A stretch of 64,000 nucleotides of DNA from an uncultured bacterium (GTDB lineage: Bacteria; Patescibacteriota; Minisyncoccia; UBA6257; 2-01-FULL-56-20): contig CAWJQC010000007.1 in NCBI GenBank assembly GCA_963844965.1, forward strand, positions 224,001-288,000, in the 5' to 3' direction. A program made the translations under genes and the position numbers. This document shows positions 8,675-17,851 of this stretch, piece by piece. Positions within the stretch are counted from its first letter, which is position 1. Each line of letters starts with the position of its first letter. The notes below the pieces were generated by a model. The model had not been told where the DNA came from. It was given only the letters and a program-made list of their open reading frames with translations, and did not search any database.

Positions 8675-9490
8675 ATGAACGCATCGAATACCGTTCCCAT
8701 CATCGAAGTCACTCGTCTCGTGAAGCGGTTCAAGAATTTCGCCGCGGTTGACGACATATCGTTCACCGTAGAAACCAGAGAAATCTTCGCGTTCCTGGGA
8801 CCGAACGGCGCAGGGAAGTCTACGACCATCAAGATGCTCATTACACTGCTTGCGCCCACAAGCGGTACGGCCACGATTGATGGGCACGATATTGTGCACC
8901 ACGCTTCCGAGGTACGCAATACAATTGGCTACGTACCGCAGATGATTTCTGTGGACGGTACACTTACGGCCTACGAGAATCTGATGCTTATGGCGCGTCT
9001 CTATGACATCCCGAAAGCGGAGCGGAAAGACCGCATCCGGGAAATGCTTTCGTTTCTCAAACTGGAAGAGCATACGGACGCACTCGTGCGCACGTTCTCT
9101 GGCGGGATGATCCGCAAGATGGAGGTTGGGCAAGCCATGCTCCATCGCCCCAAGGTGTTATTGCTTGATGAGCCGACGACCGGTCTTGATCCTGTTGGGC
9201 GGCAGAGCGTGTGGGAGCATCTCTTTGAACTACGCAACCGGTTTGGTACTACCATTTTCTTCTCTACGCACAACATGGAAGAGGCAGATGAGGTGAGTGA
9301 CCACGTCGCGGTGATGAACAGAGGGAAAATCGCGGCGATGGGTACAGCAGAAGAACTGAAAGCGAAAACAGGGAAGTTCGATGCTACGCTTGAGGACGCT
9401 TTCATTTTCCTTACTGGCAACAAGTTGGATGAAACCGGCAATTTTCGAGAAATTCGCAGGGCCAGACGGATTGAACGACGATTAGGATAA
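8675..9490 (+). CDS. ABC transporter ATP-binding protein (ABC-2 / DrrA-like exporter)
   Basis: Walker A GPNGAGKST, signature FSGGMIRK, Walker B LLLDEPT. Confidence 0.85.
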   Translation: MNASNTVPIIEVTRLVKRFKNFAAVDDISFTVETREIFAFLGPNGAGKSTTIKMLITLLAPTSGTATIDGHDIVHHASEVRNTIGYVPQMISVDGTLTAYENLMLMARLYDIPKAERKDRIREMLSFLKLEEHTDALVRTFSGGMIRKMEVGQAMLHRPKVLLLDEPTTGLDPVGRQSVWEHLFELRNRFGTTIFFSTHNMEEADEVSDHVAVMNRGKIAAMGTAEELKAKTGKFDATLEDAFIFLTGNKLDETGNFREIRRARRIERRLG

Positions 9491-9504
9491 TAGTCGTCAC
9501 GCAT

Positions 9505-10281
9505 ATGCTCCACTACCTTTCACAAACGATCAAAAAATCATATGTGCTCGCAGAGATGGAAACGCGCAAGCTTCTCCACGATCCCACAGAGCTCATCTCC
9601 CGCGCCGTGCAGCCGATTTTGTGGCTGGGTATTTTCGGAGAAGCATTGAGTAAGGTGCGGGCGATACCGACGCCCGGTGTAACCTATCTCCAGTTCATCG
9701 CGCCTGGTATTCTTACGCAATCCGTCGTCTTCGTTGCCATCTTTTACGGCCTGTATATCATCATGGACCGAGACACTGGCATATTACAGAAACTACTGGT
9801 CACTCCCACGCCGCGTCTGGCCTTGGTCTGGGGGAAAATGATCTCCGCGGGCGTGAGGGGTCTTTCCCAGGCGCTAATCGTTTTCTTATTCGCCATCATT
9901 CTCGGCATTCAATTGCATATCACCTCGTGGTCAATCCTCGGAGTGGTTGTTATTGTCATGCTTGGCGCGGGCTTCTTCACGGGCCTTTCCATGATCATCG
10001 CCGCGATCGTGAAAACCCGGGAGCGGTTCATGGGTATTGGCCAAGTGATCACCCTCCCATTATTCTTCGCCTCGAATGCCATTTATCCGATCGCGATCAT
10101 GCCCGCATGGCTCCAGGTAGTAGCAAACGTAAACCCCTTGAGTTATATGGTGGACGGATTGCGGGCGCTCATGCTCTCGGGCAGTACTGCGGGGGTGGGC
10201 CTTGATATTGGCATACTTGTTGTTGTTACACTGCTTATATCAATGCTCAGCGCGTGGTTCTATCCAAAGGTGGTAATATAA
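9505..10281 (+). CDS. ABC-2 type transporter permease
   Basis: 258-aa six-TM protein immediately downstream of the ABC ATPase. Confidence 0.75.
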   Translation: MLHYLSQTIKKSYVLAEMETRKLLHDPTELISRAVQPILWLGIFGEALSKVRAIPTPGVTYLQFIAPGILTQSVVFVAIFYGLYIIMDRDTGILQKLLVTPTPRLALVWGKMISAGVRGLSQALIVFLFAIILGIQLHITSWSILGVVVIVMLGAGFFTGLSMIIAAIVKTRERFMGIGQVITLPLFFASNAIYPIAIMPAWLQVVANVNPLSYMVDGLRALMLSGSTAGVGLDIGILVVVTLLISMLSAWFYPKVVI

Positions 10282-10286
10282 CAGGT

Positions 10287-10859
10287 ATGAACAACCCATC
10301 TATCGATAAATCAAAGACGGCACTGGTCGTGATTGATCTCCAAAAAGGCATCGCGGGACGGAAAACCGCTCCATATGCGTCTGCGGTCGTAATAAGGAAC
10401 GCGGCGGCGTTGGCCAATGCTTTCAGGGAGAATGGCATGCCGGTGTTCTTGGTGCGCGTCACACCGTCCCCGGATGGGAAAGATGCGTTGCGTCCAATTG
10501 TCGATGCAGCCATGCCGGTGTACACCCCGCCGCCGGACTGGGCAGAAATTGTTCCGGAAATGGGACCGAAGCAGGGTGATTTTATCATCACCAAACATCA
10601 GTGGGGCGCGTTCTACGGTACGGAACTCGACTTGGAGCTCCGAAGGCGGGGAATCACCACCATTGTGTTGTGCGGCATCTCGACGAATATCGGCGTGGAG
10701 AGCACCGCGCGGTTCGCGTATGAATATGGCTACCATCAAATTTTTGCGGAAGACGCCATGGCTGCCATGTCAGTCGAAGAGCATGCGTTCACGATCGCCA
10801 GGACGTTTCCACGTATTGGTCTTGTAAGGAAGACCGAAGACATATTGGCTTGCCTATAA
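10287..10859 (+). CDS. Isochorismatase-family cysteine hydrolase
   Basis: ALVVIDLQ start motif and catalytic Cys in IVLCGISTN; AAGGTGG RBS before the ATG at 10287 (the ORF track starts earlier at 10254). Confidence 0.7.
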   Translation: MNNPSIDKSKTALVVIDLQKGIAGRKTAPYASAVVIRNAAALANAFRENGMPVFLVRVTPSPDGKDALRPIVDAAMPVYTPPPDWAEIVPEMGPKQGDFIITKHQWGAFYGTELDLELRRRGITTIVLCGISTNIGVESTARFAYEYGYHQIFAEDAMAAMSVEEHAFTIARTFPRIGLVRKTEDILACL

Positions 10860-10992
10860 AAGAATCATAGTCATAGTTCGGACTCTAAGAATATCACTAG
10901 GTCTGGTACCAGACTCAGACCCGACCTGTCTTGGACTATGCCATCGGTTCAAAAAATCCTGATAGCACTTGGTCCATCGTACAAAAACTCGG

Positions 10993-11066
10993 TGGCTGCG
11001 GGGCAGGGACTCGAACCCCGATACCGGCGTCCAGAGCGCCGTGTCCTACCGTTAGACGACCCCGCA
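10993..11066 (-). tRNA. tRNA-Gln (anticodon CTG), CCA encoded
   Basis: Reverse-complement cloverleaf: acceptor TGCGGGG/CCCCGCA, anticodon loop CTCTGGA, T-arm CGGGG-TTCGAGT-CCCTG, 3' GCCA. Confidence 0.85.
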
Positions 11067-11161
11067 ATAGCTTTTGTATTATAAGTCCGGCGGCGAAAAT
11101 TTCAACTTCCGGTTTTTTGTATGTCTGTTGTTTTGGGTTATAATATGATTATAATAATCAA

Positions 11162-11565
11162 ATGCCTCAGCGTGAAAAACCATTGATACTCGTCACCGAC
11201 GACGATAAGGACTACCGCGAAGCCGTTGTTCTGCAATTGCAGGCGGCCGGCTTTGACACCATCCAGGCAAAAGACAGCAAGGACTCAATTCAAAAAGCCA
11301 AGGAATCCAGCCTGATCTTATTCTTATGGACGTTAACATGCCGCCGGGTCTTAACGGCATTGATACCGCACTGGAGCTCAAAGAAACGCCCGAAACGAAG
11401 GATATTAAGATCGTTTTTCTGAGCGGTTTGGAGAATCCGTGGCCGCTTTTCGGCGGAGAAAGGGGAGACGTGAGCAGGGAAATGGGAATGGAGGATTACT
11501 TCATAAAGACGAAGGATTTCAGCGAACTGGTGGCGAAAATCAAGAAGATTTTGAACGTAACGTAG
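11162..11565 (+). pseudogene. Single-domain CheY-like response regulator receiver, frame broken by a 1-nt indel near 11298
   Basis: Two overlapping ORFs whose translations join into one receiver domain (LILVTDDD...KESS / PDLILMDVNMPP...). Confidence 0.65.
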
Positions 11566-11587
11566 GGTACCCGAGACCCATGGATGT

Positions 11588-11617
11588 CCGCCCCGACCGC
11601 AGTCGGGGCGTTTTTTG
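11588..11617 (+). terminator. Rho-independent terminator
   Basis: CCGCCCCGAC-CGCA-GTCGGGGCG followed by TTTTTT. Confidence 0.7.
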
Positions 11618-11800
11618 GCCGCGCGCACCGGCGTGTGCCCAGTAGTAGACCGAGCACCTCGCTTTCCTCAATGCCTTGAGGTTGGGCTGGGTTTTTGCAT
11701 AAAGCTGTAAATTTGTTGTTGTCAGCGCTGTGATAATGAAAGCGTGCGGGCGTTGCAGTGCTCGGCTCACTACTGGGTGTGTTATAATGTAATCAATGGT

Positions 11801-11919
11801 CCCGTTAGAAGCCGCGATCGCTTTGGCGGGACAGTTGATGTTTTTTTGGACATAAGATAGTCGTTTTCCCAAATTAAATAAATTTAGCAGGTTACTTATC
11901 GCGATCTGCTTCTAACGGG
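11801..11919 (+). promoter_or_regulatory. Structured leader of pilB: 12-bp perfect long-range inverted repeat CCCGTTAGAAGC...GCTTCTAACGGG ending at the start codon
   Basis: Arms at 11801-11812 and 11908-11919; the ATG at 11920 immediately follows the right arm. Confidence 0.5.
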
Positions 11920-13169
11920 ATGGCTGAATTAAAACGCGACGCCTCTTTTCTTAAAATAGAGATAGAAAAAGATCTCGCGCGGCAGGTGGACAAGGTCTCC
12001 GTCGTTTCCTTGGTTGACTTGCTGGTGGAGTACGCTTATATCTTGCGCGCTTCCGACATCCACATTCAACCCGAGGAAAATTCGTTGCGCATCCGTTACC
12101 GCATAGATGGTCTCCTCCAGGATATTTTCCAGAAGATGACCATTCGCAAGGACATCCAGCCCGAAATCATCAGCCGCATAAAAGTTCTCGCCGGCTTGCG
12201 CACTGACGAGCACCTTGCTTCGCAGGACGGGAGGATCAAGGTTAAGGTCAAGGATTTCGGCGAAATCAGCGTCCGTGTTTCCATCGTGCCGACGTACAAC
12301 GGGGAGAACGCCATTTTGAGGGTGCTTGCCGAAACGCAGGGATTTACCGTGAACGATTTGGGATTTTTGCCGAACGACCTGAAGAAAGTTACGCACGCCA
12401 TGACGAAGCCCTACGGTATGATCCTCGCGAACGGTCCGACCGGTTCCGGTAAGACAACGACCCTCTACACGATTTTAAAAACCTTGAACAAGCCGGATAT
12501 TTCCATAGTGACCATAGAAGACCCTATTGAGTACGCATTGCCGGGAACCTCGCAAATTCAGACCAACGCCGACATAGGATTCACGTTCGCGAGCGGTCTC
12601 AGATCAATTCTGCGCCAAGATCCTGAACATCATCATGGTGGGCGATAATCCGCGACGAAGAGACGGCGGGAATAGCGGTGAACGCGGCCCTGACCGGCCA
12701 CCTCGTGCTTTCAACTCTGCACACCAACGATTCAGCAACAACCTTTCCCCGGCTCATAGATATGGGTGTGCCGCCATTCCTCGTAGCTTCAACGGTTAAC
12801 GTGGCGATGGGCCAGCGTCTTGTCCGGATGATATGCCAGAAGTGTAAGCAGCCGCGTAATTTTAGCGAGATGGAAATAAAAAGTTTGGCGGAAATCATTC
12901 CGGAGTCGGCAAAATATCACGGCAAGTTTTTCATAGGGAAAGGATGCCCCGCCTGCAATGGAACCGGCTATATCAGCCGCACTGGCATACGCGAAGTGTT
13001 GGAAGTGAACGAGACAATCAGCCAGCTTATCATGAACCGCGCGAACGCCAAGCAGATAAAGGATGCTGCTGTCAAAGCCGGAATGACCACGATGACAGAA
13101 GATGCCTTGGAGCGCGCTTCCAAGGGAGTCACCTCCATTGAGGAAATTTTGCGCATTATACACGAGTAG
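11920..13169 (+). pseudogene. pilB: Type IV pilus assembly / type II secretion ATPase PilB/GspE, interrupted by two indels about 19 bp apart (near 12626 and 12645)
   Basis: N-terminal GspE N-domain, Walker A GPTGSGKTT; Asp box and the [13 protein letters not shown] His box lie in different frames; three frames must be spliced to recover DPDIIMVGEIRDEET. Confidence 0.8.
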
Positions 13170-13179
13170 CGCGATGAAT

Positions 13180-13308
13180 CCCGTTAGAAATCCTGCCGGC
13201 AGGCAGGCGCGGACGCTTTTCCAATGACACACCTATTGAACGGTCGAAGTATGTTAAGCAACAACGGTAGGCGCGGAGTTTTTCCGTCCGCGTCCTATTT
13301 CTAACGGG
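13180..13308 (+). promoter_or_regulatory. Structured leader of pilC: inverted repeat CCCGTTAGAAAT...ATTTCTAACGGG ending at the start codon, plus nested GCGCGGACG/CGTCCGCG stem
   Basis: Arms at 13180-13191 and 13297-13308; the ATG at 13309 immediately follows. Confidence 0.5.
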
Positions 13309-14388
13309 ATGAACAAATTTCAGAGAATTCTTTCCCGATTATTTGACAGCGTCCCGCTTCAGGACAAAATTAATTTCGCGCGGCATATGGCGCTTATCAT
13401 AAAAGCCGGATTGCCGATATACCAGGGACTGGGGATTATCCGCGCCCAAACGACTTCCAAGGTGCTCCTTAAGGTGATAGACAGCGTTATGGAAGACGTG
13501 AACAACGGGAAGTTTCTTGCCGACGGGTTGGAAAAATTTGAATATCTTTTCGGGACTTTTTTTGTGAACATCATCCGCGTGGGGGAATCGAGCGGGACCC
13601 TCGCCAAGAATTTCTTGTATCTTGCCGAAGAACTCAAAAAATCCAAAGCGCTCAAAAGCAAGGTCACTTCGGCAATGATATATCCGCTTGTGATTTTTGC
13701 TATGACTTTGGGAGTGACGGGTTTTCTGGCGTTTTTCGTTTTCCCGAAACTTCTGCCGGTATTCGCGAGCTTGAACGTCAAGCTGCCCATAACCACCGTC
13801 ATAATGATGGGCGTCCTCCAGTTTTTGCGCGAGTATTTCATAGAGCTCATAATCGGGGTCGTCATTCTTGTTGTCGCAGTTAGGATGATTATTAAGTACG
13901 TAACGCCGATAAAGTTCCTTCTGGATAAGTTGATTCTTGTAACGCCGGTAATCGGGCCGCTTTCCGTTGATGTTAATATGGTCAATTTTACGCGCGTCTT
14001 TGGATTGCTTTTGAAGAGCGGCGTAAAAATCTTGGAGGCGGCCATGATAACATCAAATACTTTTGAGAATATCGTCTACAGACGGGCGCTCGTAGCCGCG
14101 AAAGATGAAGTTCAGAAAGGCGGCCAGCTCGCGACCTATATGGGCGAAAAAAAGAGATATTTTCCTCCGCTAGTGACCGGCATGATACGCATCGGTGAGG
14201 ATACCGGCAATCTGGAAGAAAACCTGGACTACCTTTCGGAATATTACGAGGACGAAGTTGATACCAAGCTGCACGTTTTGACGAGCGTTCTTGAACCCTT
14301 GATGCTGCTTTTCATGGGGCTTCTCGTCGGATTCGTTGCTTTGTCCATTATCACGCCAATTTACTCCATTTCGCAGGGCATCCAGTAG
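13309..14388 (+). CDS. pilC: Type IV pilus assembly / type II secretion platform protein PilC/GspF
   Basis: 359 aa; duplicated GspF domains, three TM segments, conserved GESSG motif. Confidence 0.85.
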   Translation: MNKFQRILSRLFDSVPLQDKINFARHMALIIKAGLPIYQGLGIIRAQTTSKVLLKVIDSVMEDVNNGKFLADGLEKFEYLFGTFFVNIIRVGESSGTLAKNFLYLAEELKKSKALKSKVTSAMIYPLVIFAMTLGVTGFLAFFVFPKLLPVFASLNVKLPITTVIMMGVLQFLREYFIELIIGVVILVVAVRMIIKYVTPIKFLLDKLILVTPVIGPLSVDVNMVNFTRVFGLLLKSGVKILEAAMITSNTFENIVYRRALVAAKDEVQKGGQLATYMGEKKRYFPPLVTGMIRIGEDTGNLEENLDYLSEYYEDEVDTKLHVLTSVLEPLMLLFMGLLVGFVALSIITPIYSISQGIQ

Positions 14389-14393
14389 CTCCA

Positions 14394-14528
14394 ACTTTCT
14401 ATTTTTGAGAACCGGCGTCACGAATGCTCCAGCGGCATTCGTGCGCCTGCATCTCGCTCCGACGGCGTCCGATTAAAATCGGACGACCAAGCCCGTCGGA
14501 GCTCCGATAGCTTCTCAAAAATAGAAAG
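14394..14528. repeat. About 135-bp palindromic element: 19-bp perfect terminal inverted repeats (AACTTTCTATTTTTGAGAA / TTCTCAAAAATAGAAAGTT) enclosing three internal hairpins
   Basis: Seen directly in sequence; MITE-like or complex terminator/structured RNA. Confidence 0.6.
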
Positions 14529-14639
14529 TTTCCGCGATGGGATTAAGGTGTTTTGCTGACGCAAAACAGCCTTTGTGAAGCAACACCCGGCGCTTTTGGA
14601 AATAAAAATCGCCCCGATCTGTCTGATCGGGGCGCGCTG

Positions 14640-15173
14640 TCAGGGTTTCCACTCTGGCGGAAATTTGTAAATGTCGTATGTCTCAAGGAGTACGCCGAAA
14701 GTCTCACTTTCTATACGGCGTTTTTCAAGTACGGCTTCAAAGACCAGTTCCAGCCCGGCTTTTTTATAGTAGGGCTGGTGACCGCGAGCGAGAACCCGGG
14801 CCACATCCAGGACTGTTTCCGGCGCAGATTGTCCCGCTAATTGTACGATGTCCGAAAATTGGTATGTTCGCCGACCGCCTACATCGCAGTGATTCACAAT
14901 AACGTACTCAATGCTGTAACTTATGCCGTCTCCATCCTGTCCCCATATGGGGTTGATCTTGAATTCTCGGAAAACAGGTCTGAGTGAAAGATTAAGATTG
15001 TCAAATGGCCGGACTGCTATGTATTTTACTTTGTCGGTAATCCAGCGGCGCAGAAGTTCGCTTTCGCTTACATTTCTTCGCGACGCTTCCGCGATTCTCT
15101 CCGAAGGATTGCCGATTTTCCTTGAGAGCCATGGTATCTCGGATAAGTATTCTCGTGCCTTTGACCACTTCAT
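14640..15173 (-). CDS. Hypothetical protein (177 aa) on the opposite strand inside the pilus locus
   Basis: Long ORF with no recognisable family. Confidence 0.4.
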   Translation of the reverse strand: MKWSKAREYLSEIPWLSRKIGNPSERIAEASRRNVSESELLRRWITDKVKYIAVRPFDNLNLSLRPVFREFKINPIWGQDGDGISYSIEYVIVNHCDVGGRRTYQFSDIVQLAGQSAPETVLDVARVLARGHQPYYKKAGLELVFEAVLEKRRIESETFGVLLETYDIYKFPPEWKP

Positions 15174-15346
15174 ATTGCCTCCTCACCCTGTAGGATATTG
15201 GTTTGTGTGCAACTCCCCGTCAATCGCTCTATAAGGTCATGTCGGAGAGCTGGATAAAGTTTAGCGTCGGTATTCACTATGTGTCAAGCGAAAAATTATT
15301 GTTATGAGTCGCGCGGCAGGTACGGCATGCAAAATCAATATTGAAA

Positions 15347-15357
15347 ACGTGTTAGAA
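15347..15357 (+). promoter_or_regulatory. Candidate extended -10 promoter element (TGTTAGAAT) for the minor-pilin operon
   Basis: TGnTAGAAT about 20 nt upstream of an AAGTGGAG RBS and the ATG at 15378. Confidence 0.3.
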
Positions 15358-15377
15358 TATAAGTGGAGTATCTTCTG

Positions 15378-17159
15378 ATGCGCAACAGGAATTTGCTTAA
15401 ATTTTATTCGCGGCGAGGCACGACTTTTATAGACTTGGCGATCGCCATGGGCATTATCGCCGTTCTTTTCAGCGCGATTTTCAGCGTGTATTTTTCCATT
15501 CTGACTTCCATAAACAACATCGGATTACGCACGTCGGCGACGCAGCTCTTGAGCCAGCAGATAGAAATTATTCGGAACCTGCCGTATGCCTCCGTGGGAA
15601 CGGTCGGCGGCGTACCAGCCGGCATTATTCCGCAGCAGCAGACCTTGTCCATAGGGAACAACAGCTTCGTTATCCAGGCCGATATCCGCAACATTGACGA
15701 TTCTTTTGACGGTACTCTCGGCGGAAATCCCAACGACACGGCGCCGAACGATTACAAACTCGTGACGCTTGTGGCCAGCTGTTCGTGGTGCGCGAATTTT
15801 TTCCCCCTCGCAATTACCACCACCGTTGCTCCAAAAAATCTTGAGTCAGCCGGATTGAGCGGTGATCTTTTCATCAATGTTCTGAATGCCTTCGGCATCG
15901 GCGTGCCGCTCGCGAATGTTCAGGTGACGAACGCATCCGTGACGCCGTCAATCAGTCTTACGGATACGACCAACGTAAGCGGAGTACTGCAGCTTGTGGG
16001 GGTCCCTACCAGTACGCAATCCTATCACATTGTTGTGACCAAGAGCGGTTATTCTTCCGATCAGACATATCCCTTGGGAGCGCCGTCAAACCCGCATCCT
16101 CTGAAGCCCGACGCCACAGTCGCGCAGCAACAGGTGACAAGCGTGACGTTTCTCATAGACAAGACGAGCGTTCTTAACGTTTCCACCGAAAACAATGTCT
16201 GCGTTCCCGTCCCCGCAGTTCATTTCTCCACTACAGGGTCAAGCACCATCGTTTCCAATCCGACCGTGTATAAATTTTCCACGAGCTCGGTGACGGGTGC
16301 CGGCGGAACGTTTTCTTTCCCGAGCTTGGGGTGGGATACGTACGCGTTATCGCTTTCCGAATCCTCGTACAATCTTCTGGGAACTATTCCGCTCGGCCCG
16401 CTTATAATCAATCCGAGCTCAACCGCGAGTTTCACTTTTGTGCTGCAATCGGCGGCTAACCCGTCGCTTCTCATCGGCGCGGTTGACGCCGTGACGGGAG
16501 CGGGATTGCAGAACGCCACGGTCACGATAACCACTACCGGTTTTTTGGCCGCGAGAACAACAGGACACGCGTTCGTTACACAGTCCAACTGGGCAGGAGG
16601 CCAATACACAAGTCAAAACGGCATCAATCCCAACACGTCGGGGACTCTGACTATGATGCAAAACGCTTCCGGAACTTACAGCACGACTACGACGGCTTGG
16701 CTTATTTCAAATACGATGGATTTGGGAAGTTCAAGTTCAACATTATATTCGTTTTCCTGGAATCCTCAGTCGCAACCGCCGAGTACTGGTCCGAATAGCG
16801 TGAAATTCCAGCTTGCTGCGAACAATGATCAGGCAACGTGGAATTTTATCGGTCCCGATGGAACTGCAGGTTCGTTCTACACCGCGTCGTCAACGCTGGG
16901 TGGCCGTTTTGACGGTAATCGTTACGTGCGCTACGAGGTGTACATGAGTACGCAGGACGCGAATACGTCTCCCAGCGTTACGAGCGCTTCACTTGAATTC
17001 AATGCCATCTGCGTCCCCCCCGCGCAGACGCTGTTCACTAATTTAAGTCAGGGAACGTACGTAGTTGACGTGACCGCGCCGAGCCATATTGAAACGACAA
17101 GCACCGTATCTGTCGGGTCAGGATTCAACCAGACGACCATTTCTCTTACTCACACATAA
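15378..17159 (+). CDS. Large Thr/Ser-rich minor pilin-like protein with a prepilin-type N-terminal hydrophobic segment
   Basis: N-terminus RRGTTFIDLAIAMGIIAVLF; AAGTGGAG RBS 9 nt before the ATG at 15378 (the ORF track begins at GTG 15363). Confidence 0.55.
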   Translation: MRNRNLLKFYSRRGTTFIDLAIAMGIIAVLFSAIFSVYFSILTSINNIGLRTSATQLLSQQIEIIRNLPYASVGTVGGVPAGIIPQQQTLSIGNNSFVIQADIRNIDDSFDGTLGGNPNDTAPNDYKLVTLVASCSWCANFFPLAITTTVAPKNLESAGLSGDLFINVLNAFGIGVPLANVQVTNASVTPSISLTDTTNVSGVLQLVGVPTSTQSYHIVVTKSGYSSDQTYPLGAPSNPHPLKPDATVAQQQVTSVTFLIDKTSVLNVSTENNVCVPVPAVHFSTTGSSTIVSNPTVYKFSTSSVTGAGGTFSFPSLGWDTYALSLSESSYNLLGTIPLGPLIINPSSTASFTFVLQSAANPSLLIGAVDAVTGAGLQNATVTITTTGFLAARTTGHAFVTQSNWAGGQYTSQNGINPNTSGTLTMMQNASGTYSTTTTAWLISNTMDLGSSSSTLYSFSWNPQSQPPSTGPNSVKFQLAANNDQATWNFIGPDGTAGSFYTASSTLGGRFDGNRYVRYEVYMSTQDANTSPSVTSASLEFNAICVPPAQTLFTNLSQGTYVVDVTAPSHIETTSTVSVGSGFNQTTISLTHT

Positions 17160-17163
17160 TTTT

Positions 17164-17790
17164 ATGAAAGAAAATCTTTACATTCAGGCAACTTATGAAC
17201 AAAACGGCTTCGGGCTTATGGAGGTCATCATTGTCATCGCGCTGACCGGTCTCGTCGTGCTCGTTGTCACGAGCTTCAGCGGGAATTTGGGTGTGCTGCA
17301 GAATCTTGTTAGCCAGCAATTACAATCCCGCTCCGACATTGATGAGGCGATTCAGATAATGACGACGGAAATTCGTTCGGCGGGACCGTCGGGTCTCGGA
17401 GCGTATCCCGTAGATTCGGCGAGCACGAGCAGTTTCGCTTTCTACAGCGACATAAACAAGAATGGCACGTTTGAGCACGTGCGCTATTTTCTCGGAACGA
17501 GCACGATACAGAAAGGAGTTATAACGCCGCTGGGAAATCCGCTCGTGTACGCAACCTCAACGGAAGTCATAACCACAGCCGTGAACAACCTTACATATAC
17601 GAGCACGACTCCGCTGTTCGCGTATTATGGGCCCGCATACACCGGCTCGGGGCCGTCTCTCACTTCTACGGACGTGACTCAGGTGCGGATTGTCCAAATT
17701 ACTTTTTACGCGGACGTGAATCCGGGGAAAGCGCCCCAGCCGCTATTTTTCTCGGACACGGTGGATTTGAGGAATCTGAGAAGCAACTGA
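17164..17790 (+). CDS. Minor pilin / pseudopilin (PilW-like) with a prepilin cleavage motif
   Basis: NG|FGLMEVIIVIALTGLVV matches the class III signal peptide (G-F-x-L-x-E); start chosen after the upstream stop at 17159. Confidence 0.65.
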   Translation: MKENLYIQATYEQNGFGLMEVIIVIALTGLVVLVVTSFSGNLGVLQNLVSQQLQSRSDIDEAIQIMTTEIRSAGPSGLGAYPVDSASTSSFAFYSDINKNGTFEHVRYFLGTSTIQKGVITPLGNPLVYATSTEVITTAVNNLTYTSTTPLFAYYGPAYTGSGPSLTSTDVTQVRIVQITFYADVNPGKAPQPLFFSDTVDLRNLRSN

Positions 17791-17851
17791 AAAATTAGCG
17801 GGTGGTGGGTAGTAAGTAGTAGCAGGGGATAATCAAAAACTGGGAACTGAA

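Noticed and set aside
8432-9145. 237-aa minus-strand ORF
   Set aside because: Fully antisense to the well-supported ABC ATPase gene; Arg-rich GC-frame artefact.
11540-11872. 110-aa minus-strand ORF in the response-regulator/pilB intergenic region
   Set aside because: Runs through the rho-independent terminator and the structured pilB leader; no RBS.
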